Below are positions 9,254 to 16,788 of a DNA stretch of 24,000 nt, one piece after another. The notes beneath the pieces are model-generated. The model worked only from the letters and a program-made list of their open reading frames with translations. It was not told where the DNA came from and searched no databases. The stretch spans positions 3,890 through 27,889 of the forward strand of contig NTJU01000010.1 of NCBI GenBank assembly GCA_002457195.1, read 5' to 3'. Made by a program: the position numbers and the translations under genes. The DNA is from Marine Group II euryarchaeote MED-G33 (GTDB lineage Archaea > Thermoplasmatota > Poseidoniia > Poseidoniales > Thalassarchaeaceae). Numbering within the stretch: position 1 is the stretch's first letter; every line of letters starts with the position of its first letter.

Positions 9254-10109
9254 AATTGCTACAATCTCAACCAAGAGTAATTATCGGGCTCAAGTGACTA
9301 GACTGAATTTGATTCTTGACGAACACATTCGCTTGATTCAAGAATCGGTGACGGATAAACATGCACGAGATGCCAAACGCAGCATCCGACAAGCTCGACA
9401 AGATATAGACGAACTCAAGACCCAAGTCGGGCGAATGCACCGCTCGATTGGGATGCTGCATACAATTATTCGGGAACGATCGACGACTGAAACGGAACTG
9501 GTTGATGTGCTGTTGACAATGAAAACAGCGGAGACCCTCATACTTCGAGGCGCATTCGATGAAGCATCACTCCAATTGGAGAGATTGGTCGAACACCTAC
9601 TCGTCAATAGTGCTGCATTGAACCCCTTCATTTTCTATGAATTTTGGATGGGTGTCGAAGCGCGTTGGGAAGCAGGATCCGAAGGTGGGCAACTCTTGGT
9701 CAGAGTTGAAAACACAAGCCCAGGACTCCTCCCTGGGTTTAATGTCAAGGCACCAGTACCTCCAAATTGGCGCTCATCTCCACCATCTCAGTCCATCATG
9801 GCTCTCGACCCCGGCCAATCCTGTGACCTGATCTTCAATATCACCCCTTCAGCAATGGCAGCCATTAGGGAAGTGGGGGCACCAGGGAGCCTCCAAGAAA
9901 AATTGTCAATTCAGACCGGTTACAATCTGACTCAAGAAGGCCTCACAATCAATTGCAGGGTTGAGAATAAAACAGGAGAAACCATGACTGAAGTTTTGGT
10001 GACACCTTGGATTCCCCCTGGGTGGAAAACAAACTCTTGGCCATTCATTCGAACGCTAGAACCAAATCAGGTTGAATTCGTCGAAATTAACCTTGATTTG
10101 GCCAAATAA
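9246..10109 (+). CDS. hypothetical protein with an N-terminal helical region and C-terminal NEW3/CARDB-like beta-sandwich; no signal peptide
   Basis: ATG 9246 lies 8 nt after GGAGGT (9232-9237) and overlaps the upstream stop (ATGTCTGA). ATG 9240 is an alternative start. The C-terminal half has LLVRVENTSPG, CRVENKTGETMTEVLVTPWIPPGWK and a NITPS sequon, echoing the domains of the preceding giant protein. No N-terminal hydrophobic segment is present. Confidence 0.6.
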   Translation: MSEIATISTKSNYRAQVTRLNLILDEHIRLIQESVTDKHARDAKRSIRQARQDIDELKTQVGRMHRSIGMLHTIIRERSTTETELVDVLLTMKTAETLILRGAFDEASLQLERLVEHLLVNSAALNPFIFYEFWMGVEARWEAGSEGGQLLVRVENTSPGLLPGFNVKAPVPPNWRSSPPSQSIMALDPGQSCDLIFNITPSAMAAIREVGAPGSLQEKLSIQTGYNLTQEGLTINCRVENKTGETMTEVLVTPWIPPGWKTNSWPFIRTLEPNQVEFVEINLDLAK

Positions 10110-10141
10110 CCCATGGGGCCCCGAGTATTATCATAGAGTAG

Positions 10142-10170
10142 AATAAAATACCTTCTTGGCTAAAAATAAA
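10142..10170 (+). promoter_or_regulatory. A/T-rich TATA-box candidates upstream of the archaellin gene
   Basis: AATAAAATA (10142-10150) and TAAAAATAAA (10161-10170) lie 20-47 nt upstream of ATG 10189, within a 79-nt intergenic spacer. The second would predict a nearly leaderless transcript. This rests on motif resemblance only. Confidence 0.3.
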
Positions 10171-10188
10171 CTACAGGAACGTGAACAA

Positions 10189-10767
10189 ATGCACCGGAAG
10201 AAACCCTACCTGAACGAGAACGAGAGTGGCGCCATCGGCATCGGTGCGATGATTATCTTCATCGCATTGATTTTGGTCGCTGCAGTAGCATCAACAATTA
10301 TCATCAAAACAGCTGAAGAACTTCAACAAAGAGCAGAAGCAACTGGTGATGACACACGAGATGAAATCAGTGGAAAAATCCAACTGGTTGGCGCGTACGT
10401 CAGCGATGATAACGCAGCTGGAAATGCAGCAGACGAAATTACACTGATCGTTCAACTCAGTGCTGGTTCAGATACCACCTTACTGGACAACATGGATTGG
10501 TTCATTGTTTGTGATGGTGGTGCAGGTACAGCAGATGTCAATACAGCTGACTTTGACGGTGTTGCAACAGACTTGGACGGAACACTTCTTGTAGCCGGTT
10601 CGTCAGTAGAGGCCGGTGAAACATTCCTGGTTCCAATTGACACCTCGACAAACTGTCAACCCGGTGTTGGTGATGAACAAGAACTCCGTGTAATCATCGA
10701 CGGTGGTGGCGAAACTTACGCCCAACTACACTACAACAGTATAGGCAATGGCGATACCATCGTATGA
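10189..10767 (+). CDS. arlB: archaellin (archaeal flagellin, FlaB/ArlB family)
   Basis: The class III signal peptide and archaellin N-terminal helix read MHRKKPYLNENESG|AIGIGAMIIFIALILVAAVASTIIIKTAEELQQRAEATG. The predicted prepilin-peptidase cut falls between G and A (10230/10231). The gene is followed by arlF-J. ATG 10189 gives a 14-aa leader, whereas the track's TTG 10156 gives an atypically long 25-aa leader. Confidence 0.9.
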   Translation: MHRKKPYLNENESGAIGIGAMIIFIALILVAAVASTIIIKTAEELQQRAEATGDDTRDEISGKIQLVGAYVSDDNAAGNAADEITLIVQLSAGSDTTLLDNMDWFIVCDGGAGTADVNTADFDGVATDLDGTLLVAGSSVEAGETFLVPIDTSTNCQPGVGDEQELRVIIDGGGETYAQLHYNSIGNGDTIV

Positions 10768-10780
10768 TACTATGATAACC

Positions 10781-10807
10781 CCTCTGCCCCCCTACGGGGG
10801 GCAGAGG
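10781..10807 (+). terminator. strong GC-rich hairpin immediately after the archaellin gene (terminator/attenuator)
   Basis: CCTCTGCCCCCC-TAC-GGGGGGCAGAGG is a perfect 12-bp stem, 14 nt after stop 10767. A TTTT tract follows at 10819-10822, just before the next gene's ATG at 10826. Confidence 0.6.
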
Positions 10808-10825
10808 ACATAGTGAGGTTTTGTC

Positions 10826-11650
10826 ATGGGGTTGCTGTCATTTCTCGGATTTGGTTCAAGCGATGATTACGACGATATCGACGAGGCCTCAGTGCAGCGT
10901 TTAGAATCGCTATCGGAGCAAGCCGTTGAGGCAGTGATGGTTCCTGAGGAATCCATCCCGATCGAAGAGGACGCCTGGACACTTGCCCCGTCGCCCGCCA
11001 GAGCACGTGTCGGCGCCAGCGGCTTGGAATCGGCAACAATCGAGAGTAAACCCACACCCGCTCCAACGACAATTGATACCAAAGCAATTGAGCAACGGCT
11101 AGATGACCGCTTCGATCGGATTGAAGCCACAATGAGTATCATGGATGCCCGCCTCACTCAATTACACGTTTCCGACAATTTGACACATGCTCTACCCTCG
11201 GATACATTGGTCACATTAGAATCCGAAGAGAATGAATCAGAGGAGCAAACAGACCCGTCATCAGATGAATCAGAACACTCGGAATCGCCCGTGGTTGAGA
11301 CAGTTAGTCTACTCGATTTGTATGAGGGCAGCGTCGCAGACATCAACCCGTTCTTGAATCGTCGTCGCGATTCACATTCGCAAACCCCATCAGTTTCTGT
11401 AAATGAAATCTCAGCGCTACTGCTTGATCATCTATCATCTGCTTCCGCCACGGCTTTCATCGAGAAAGCAAAATCCAGTGGCATGATTACCAAGAGCGAG
11501 TCTGCTGAATTGAGTGCCATTATTGGATTGGCTGATCCAGCCATCAATGATGGCGGTTCGGAACACTTACCACATCGTACGCTACTGATGTTCGGTTCGA
11601 TGGTGGAAGCCTGGCGAAGTTCTCAGTCCACCTCTGTCGAGGGGGCCTGA
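10826..11650 (+). CDS. acidic, probably largely disordered protein in the ArlC/D/E position of the operon; weak ArlD/E-like C-terminal motif
   Basis: ATG 10826 is preceded by GTGAGG (10813-10818). The stop lies 3 nt before the arlF start. The protein is very D/E/S-rich with an N-terminal MGLLSFLGFG. C-terminal FIEKAKSSGMITKSESAELSAIIGL resembles, from my memory of the consensus, the FlaD/E motif G-W-I-S-x6-L-x4-G-L. Confidence 0.6.
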   Translation: MGLLSFLGFGSSDDYDDIDEASVQRLESLSEQAVEAVMVPEESIPIEEDAWTLAPSPARARVGASGLESATIESKPTPAPTTIDTKAIEQRLDDRFDRIEATMSIMDARLTQLHVSDNLTHALPSDTLVTLESEENESEEQTDPSSDESEHSESPVVETVSLLDLYEGSVADINPFLNRRRDSHSQTPSVSVNEISALLLDHLSSASATAFIEKAKSSGMITKSESAELSAIIGLADPAINDGGSEHLPHRTLLMFGSMVEAWRSSQSTSVEGA

Positions 11651-11653
11651 GAT

Positions 11654-12055
11654 GTGGGCGGTTCTGTTAGCATCTCGGCTTTGATTGTGGGGACGGCACT
11701 CCTCGGAATCTTTGCACTTGCATCACTGTCACTCAACAATAGCGCAATAACAGCCTCAGAAGTCTTAGAAGAGAATCTAGGTGAACCAGAAATGCGCCTC
11801 ATCAATGCTTCCGAAGTAAATGGAACCATTCATCTCAACATCACCAATTCGGGGGATGAACCCATATCCTTTGACAAAACTTGGTTCAGTATCGATGGAT
11901 CCTCACCAATTCGGGCGAGTGATTACCATACACAAACCACTGTTCTATTCGCGGGTGAGATCCAACACATCCAGTTGACAGGTACTGGATTCACATCTCC
12001 AACCCGACTCTTTGTTGCAAGTATGGGCGGCCAATCAGGAGTATCATTTTCGTGA
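11654..12055 (+). CDS. arlF: archaellum stator/S-layer-binding protein ArlF (FlaF)
   Basis: GTG start. N-terminus MGGSVSISALIVGTALLGIFALA matches the FlaF-type MGFSVS + hydrophobic helix. It is followed by a small beta domain (IHLNITNSGDEPISFDKTWFSIDG). Size (133 aa) and position before arlG fit. Confidence 0.7.
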   Translation: MGGSVSISALIVGTALLGIFALASLSLNNSAITASEVLEENLGEPEMRLINASEVNGTIHLNITNSGDEPISFDKTWFSIDGSSPIRASDYHTQTTVLFAGEIQHIQLTGTGFTSPTRLFVASMGGQSGVSFS

Positions 12056-12064
12056 GGTGTGGCT

Positions 12065-12547
12065 ATGGCAGATGGTGGTGCAAGTGAATTGATTATGCTG
12101 ATTTCCGGCCTTTTGGTCGCAGGCATTGTCACCACCTTACTGGTTGCATCATGGGGGGGGCTGGCCAATTCGGTTGACACTGCTCAAAATCAGGCCGAAG
12201 CCAACTCCAAAACAAAGGCCGCATTGGCCAGCGATCCAATGCAAGTTTCTTGGGACCAACCATCTTGTAACCTATCTTTACACATTCAAAATACAGGCAC
12301 CCTTGAATTGTTTGATAGTGAAATAGGCATCATAGCAAATGGCACAGCATCAACAGTAAATCAAACACGATTGCTCGGAAATAGTTCTGTTTGGACTTCA
12401 GGAGAAGTGCTCGAATTACAGGTCTGCCCCGTTGGAATTACGATGTCAGCAGGACAGGAAATCACCGTGACTGTAATTGTGCGCAGCGAGCACTATCAAG
12501 GCATTTCCGGCCAGCATTCATTCAGCGAGGTGATTCGTCTTGTCTGA
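12065..12547 (+). CDS. arlG: archaellum protein ArlG (FlaG)
   Basis: ATG 12065 lies 5 nt after GAGGTG; GTG 12059 is an alternative start. GASELIMLISGLLVAGIVTTLLV matches the FlaG-type ASE-h-I-h-F-I-A helix. A beta domain follows (LHIQNTGTLELFDSEIGIIANG). The gene lies between arlF and arlH. Confidence 0.7.
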   Translation: MADGGASELIMLISGLLVAGIVTTLLVASWGGLANSVDTAQNQAEANSKTKAALASDPMQVSWDQPSCNLSLHIQNTGTLELFDSEIGIIANGTASTVNQTRLLGNSSVWTSGEVLELQVCPVGITMSAGQEITVTVIVRSEHYQGISGQHSFSEVIRLV

Positions 12548-13235
12548 TGATATTGGCCTTGCATTCGAATTGGAAACTGATAGCCTTTCAGACAGTTTGG
12601 GAAGATATCTTCCAAAGAGGTCACTATACATCGTGACGGGCCAGATTGGCTCTGGAAAGAGTTTGATTTCTCAGAGATTGGCCTTTGGACTGGTATCGAA
12701 CAACGTATCAACAACAGTTGCCACAACTGAATTGACAACACGAGGTTGGTTAGAACAAGTGAACAGTTTAGGATATCCGCTGGAGGATGCGGCCAACTCT
12801 GGTGATTTCACCCTACTATCACGTTTTGGAGTAATATCCGATGAAGTTGAAGGGAATGTCGGTATTGAGGATTTGTTGGCTTCTGAGGCATTGCAAACTG
12901 CAGAAATCTCAATTATTGACCGCGCCTCGATGATTCTTCAACACTACGAAGGCACTCCAGACCAACTTCTCAGCCGACTTCGCACATTTTGTTCTGAAGA
13001 ACGCTCACTCATGTTATTGCTGGATCCTGATGAGATTTCAGCAGAGATGTTGAGGACACTATCTTCCTCCGCCGAAGTGGTCCTCGAAATGAAAACTTCA
13101 GAGATTGGTGGTGGGCTATCACGAATATTAGCCGTAACCCGGTTTTTGCGAGCCGCCGGCCCCGTACAACCCAGAATAGGTTGGAGAGTTGAACCAACCA
13201 TGGGCTTCATTGTCGATATTACAGCAGTCAGTTGA
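12540..13235 (+). CDS. arlH: archaellum KaiC/RecA-like ATP-binding protein ArlH (FlaH)
   Basis: TTG start lies 7 nt after GAGGTG (12527-12532) and overlaps the arlG stop by 8 nt. Walker A is GQIGSGKS (12639-12662), preceded by LGRYLPKRSLYIVTG. Size is 231 aa and the gene lies directly before arlI. Confidence 0.8.
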   Translation: MSDDIGLAFELETDSLSDSLGRYLPKRSLYIVTGQIGSGKSLISQRLAFGLVSNNVSTTVATTELTTRGWLEQVNSLGYPLEDAANSGDFTLLSRFGVISDEVEGNVGIEDLLASEALQTAEISIIDRASMILQHYEGTPDQLLSRLRTFCSEERSLMLLLDPDEISAEMLRTLSSSAEVVLEMKTSEIGGGLSRILAVTRFLRAAGPVQPRIGWRVEPTMGFIVDITAVS

Positions 13236-13245
13236 GGGATAAAAC

Positions 13246-14961
13246 ATGGAAGCCGAAGAACTTGAATTCGCCCGAGGGGATCTCAACGGCGTCATGTCTC
13301 GGTACGACCATGTTAGGGAGTGGGTCGAGGATTTTGAAACCAAACATGGAACGCGTCCGATGTATTACGGTCCATTAGATCGCGCCGCTTCTAAACAGAA
13401 TCCACTCAATCTAATCTATCATCTCCGTGGCCCTCTTTTCGCCCATGTCTATCGCCCTCCTCAAGACGAAGAAGGAGGGGGGCAGACCCTATGGTTTGGA
13501 ATTGAACCCTATCTTACCGAAGAAGAAGAGATGATCAAGCAAATTCTTGTTGAGAGATTGCTCAAAGAGGCTCCAAACGCCCCATCATTTTCGACTGACG
13601 CAGAATTTGAATCAATGCTTGGGAATATGATGAAAAAGCACACAAAAATTTCCAACACACCCGTTGCTATTAGCGAAATAGTCACCCCAGTCAGAAGGGT
13701 CCTGGGTCTGAACGACCCACCTCTAAGCGTTACAGAACAACAGATGGAACGGCTACAATACACAGTCATTCGAGATTTGGTACGTTCAGGGCCACTGGAA
13801 ACACTGCTCTCCGATGAAATGCTTGAAGATATTCACGCAGTTGGATTACGCTATATCAGCATGGATCACAAAGTGTTTGGAATGGTCACATCAAACATCC
13901 GTTTCCGAGATCGGGAGATGCTTGAGAGATATCTCCGCGCGATGTCGGAACGTATTGGTCGCCCGGTATCCGATAGCAAACCGATTATTGACGGCGCTTT
14001 ATTGGATGGTAGTCGTATCAACATCATCTATTCAGACGACGTCTCGACATTGGGGTCTTCGTTCACCATCCGAAAATTCGCAGAGGAAACCATCTCAATT
14101 ACTCAATTGATTCAATGGAAAACCATGTCTGCCGAAGTCGCTGCCTATGTATGGCTGTGTTTGGAGAATGGAATGTCACTATTGGTATCTGGAGAAACCG
14201 CATCAGGGAAGACAACAACACTGAATGCAATTCTCCCGTTCATCGATCACAACGTGAAAATTTACTCGGCAGAAGACACCCCTGAAGTCAAAGTTCGACA
14301 CCGTTTGTGGCAACGCCTTGTCACGCGTGATTCCAAAAATGAAGATTCTAGAGTAGAGATGTTCGATCTTCTAAAGGCTGCATTGCGAAGTCGTCCACGC
14401 TACATCATCATTGGTGAAATTCGGGGTGCTGAAGGAGCGACAGCATTCCAAGCGATGCAAACAGGACACCCAGTCATCGCTACATTCCACGCATCATCGA
14501 TTGTCAAAATGATTCAACGATTTACGGGCGACCCGATCAATGTTCCAATGCGTTTCTTTGACAACTTGAACTTCGCAATTTTCCAAGAAGTAGTCGAAGC
14601 CCCAGGTGGAGGAATCGCTCGTAGAATCACAGGAATTGATGAAGTAATTGGATACAACAAACACGCAGATGGTGTTCTCACAAGAGGCATGTTCGATTGG
14701 GACCCTGTTCGCGATAAACACTACTTCAGAGGAATGTTTCAATCGCATCTTATGGAGAACAAGATGGCCGCTCTCATGGGCTTTGAAAATAAGCGTGATA
14801 TCTACGAAGAAATGGCTCGTCGCGCAGAAGCTCTACAGCGCATGGTAGATCGAAATATCACACATTATGATGACGTTTTCGACTTACTCGATATTTACTA
14901 CCAACAGGATTGGGAAGCGTTCTCAAACGCGATTGACATTTGGGTTCCAATTGAGGATTAG
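13246..14961 (+). CDS. arlI: archaellum motor/assembly ATPase ArlI (FlaI), type II/IV secretion ATPase superfamily
   Basis: Walker A is GETASGKT (14191-14214). Also present are LLDGSRINIIY..SFTIRKF, Walker B/Asp box RPRYIIIGEIRGAEG and His box TGHPVIATFHASS. Size is 571 aa. Confidence 0.95.
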   Translation: MEAEELEFARGDLNGVMSRYDHVREWVEDFETKHGTRPMYYGPLDRAASKQNPLNLIYHLRGPLFAHVYRPPQDEEGGGQTLWFGIEPYLTEEEEMIKQILVERLLKEAPNAPSFSTDAEFESMLGNMMKKHTKISNTPVAISEIVTPVRRVLGLNDPPLSVTEQQMERLQYTVIRDLVRSGPLETLLSDEMLEDIHAVGLRYISMDHKVFGMVTSNIRFRDREMLERYLRAMSERIGRPVSDSKPIIDGALLDGSRINIIYSDDVSTLGSSFTIRKFAEETISITQLIQWKTMSAEVAAYVWLCLENGMSLLVSGETASGKTTTLNAILPFIDHNVKIYSAEDTPEVKVRHRLWQRLVTRDSKNEDSRVEMFDLLKAALRSRPRYIIIGEIRGAEGATAFQAMQTGHPVIATFHASSIVKMIQRFTGDPINVPMRFFDNLNFAIFQEVVEAPGGGIARRITGIDEVIGYNKHADGVLTRGMFDWDPVRDKHYFRGMFQSHLMENKMAALMGFENKRDIYEEMARRAEALQRMVDRNITHYDDVFDLLDIYYQQDWEAFSNAIDIWVPIED

Positions 14962-14969
14962 GTGGGACG

Positions 14970-16763
14970 ATGGAGCGCCTTTCATTATACCAAATCGCCT
15001 TTCGAAGAATGGAAACACCACTTGGCGAATATGCAGTCAAAATTGTTCTACCAGCTTTCTTAGGCGGGGCTGCTGTTTCCTCACTTCTTTTCTTCACCCT
15101 AGGCTCATTTTTCATTGGATTCTCCGGAATTGTACTCCTGATTCTATTCCCCATTCTATCCACACTCGCGGCCATTTCTTGGCCAATTGTCCAGACCCTT
15201 CGTGAAGCGGTTTTAATCGAGAAGGAAATGCACATGTTCATCACACGGATGGGGATTCTTAGCATTGGTGAAGTGACATCACAATCAATGTTCGACATCC
15301 TTCGTCAAATGAGCGATTATGGGGCACTTGCCAAGGAAGTAAAATCGATTGAAACCTTGGTCGACAAGTGGCACACAAGTTTGCCTGAAGCATCACGCAT
15401 CATCGGCCGACAAAGCCCCTCACCTATTTGGGGAGATTTCCTTGATCGGATGGCATTTTCCGTTGAGGCAGGACAGCCCATTGATGAGTTCATGCGAGCA
15501 GAACAGAAGACCTTCGCAAAGGAATTTGACACACTATATGATACACGATTGGAATCCATTGACATGCTCAAAGAGATTTACATTTCATTGACCACTACAG
15601 GCATTTTTGGTCTTGTGGTTGCAGGTATCCATCTGGTATTGTTTGTAACCGATGATTATGGGTCATCCTTGGTCGGAATCTTGGCTAGAATCCGTTGGGT
15701 ACTCCTCGCTGCATTATTGTTCGTCATCATGCAAATTTCAATGCTTGTTGCATTCCGTTCGATTGTCCCCGATGATCCTGTGTTTGGTCGCCACGAGTTT
15801 GAAACTAGATTCAGAATTCGATCTAGACAAACTTGGCTTACCGCTGTCACAATGGGCCTCCCACTGCTAATATCGACAATTGTAGTAGCAGTATTGTATG
15901 GTGACATCATTGTTTCATCATGGAACAAATACGGCCTAGTCTTGGTCGCTTTCTTGTTCACGCCATTCCTCGTTCCAGGAATCACAGCATCTCGAGAAGA
16001 AAAGAGCATCATGCGTCGAGACGAATCATATCCGGGTTTTATTCGCGCACTCGGCGGAACGGCCCAAGCTCGTGCATCAGAACCATCTGCGACAATTAAG
16101 GCACTCCGAGGAATCGACTTTGGGTCACTCAACGAATCTATCGCCAGTCTGGAAAGTCGGCTGATGCTAAGGGTCGACTCTGAACGAAGTTGGGATTGGT
16201 TTTCTGCAGAAGTCAATTCCTCGATGGTTTCTCGATTCAACCGTATCTATTTGGAAGGTGCACAAGCCAGTGGAGAACCGGCCGCAGTCGCCGATCTCGT
16301 CAGTCAAAACACCACCAACCTCCTATCCCTTCGTCGTCGAAGGGCACTATCGGCCAGTACAATGAATGGCGTCGCATACGGTCTTCTGGTCGCAACCATC
16401 GTTTCCTTCAATATCGCAATCGCAGTTGTATTCCAACTGGGTTCCAACGTCGCGGGAGTCGCTCAAGGCATGGAGAACATGGATTTTGGTGAAATCACAA
16501 CCAATGCAGGTGGACTTGGTTTGCCAGTATTGGATGATGCAGGAGGTGTGGAATCGAATATTGCCTTGTTCAAAGTCGTCACATCGATCTTGATTGTATT
16601 CATGGTGTTCATTCTCTCTTCTGTTGCATCTCGATTGCGTGGGGGTGGAATCACACTAGCCCTCGGTCAAGTATCAACCATGATGTGGGTGGCTGCAATC
16701 ACCAGCGTACTCACAGGATCGATGCTGGAATCAACCCTTGGTGCATTCTTCACTTCGACATAG
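14970..16763 (+). CDS. arlJ: archaellum polytopic membrane platform protein ArlJ (FlaJ)
   Basis: The 597-aa protein has many hydrophobic helices. It contains two cytoplasmic T2SS-F-like segments (SPSPIWGDFLDRMAFSVEAGQPIDEFM and YPGFIRALGGTAQARASEPSATIKAL). It lies immediately downstream of arlI, with a 9-nt gap. Confidence 0.85.
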   Translation: MERLSLYQIAFRRMETPLGEYAVKIVLPAFLGGAAVSSLLFFTLGSFFIGFSGIVLLILFPILSTLAAISWPIVQTLREAVLIEKEMHMFITRMGILSIGEVTSQSMFDILRQMSDYGALAKEVKSIETLVDKWHTSLPEASRIIGRQSPSPIWGDFLDRMAFSVEAGQPIDEFMRAEQKTFAKEFDTLYDTRLESIDMLKEIYISLTTTGIFGLVVAGIHLVLFVTDDYGSSLVGILARIRWVLLAALLFVIMQISMLVAFRSIVPDDPVFGRHEFETRFRIRSRQTWLTAVTMGLPLLISTIVVAVLYGDIIVSSWNKYGLVLVAFLFTPFLVPGITASREEKSIMRRDESYPGFIRALGGTAQARASEPSATIKALRGIDFGSLNESIASLESRLMLRVDSERSWDWFSAEVNSSMVSRFNRIYLEGAQASGEPAAVADLVSQNTTNLLSLRRRRALSASTMNGVAYGLLVATIVSFNIAIAVVFQLGSNVAGVAQGMENMDFGEITTNAGGLGLPVLDDAGGVESNIALFKVVTSILIVFMVFILSSVASRLRGGGITLALGQVSTMMWVAAITSVLTGSMLESTLGAFFTST

Positions 16764-16788
16764 TATAATGCATACACAACACCTTTGA

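Noticed and set aside
10110-10122. Overlapping palindromes CCCATGGG and GGGGCCCC just after the stop at 10109
   Set aside because: They are too short and loop-less to form a meaningful hairpin. They could be restriction-type palindromes occurring by chance, and I cannot support any function.
12540-14961. Two adjacent P-loop ATPases as a possible defence or secretion system
   Set aside because: Their motifs and their neighbours (archaellin, ArlF/G, ArlJ) identify them as ArlH and ArlI of the archaellum, not an independent system.
15656-16240. 194-aa ORF on the minus strand inside arlJ
   Set aside because: It is antisense to a confidently assigned polytopic ArlJ and has no independent support.
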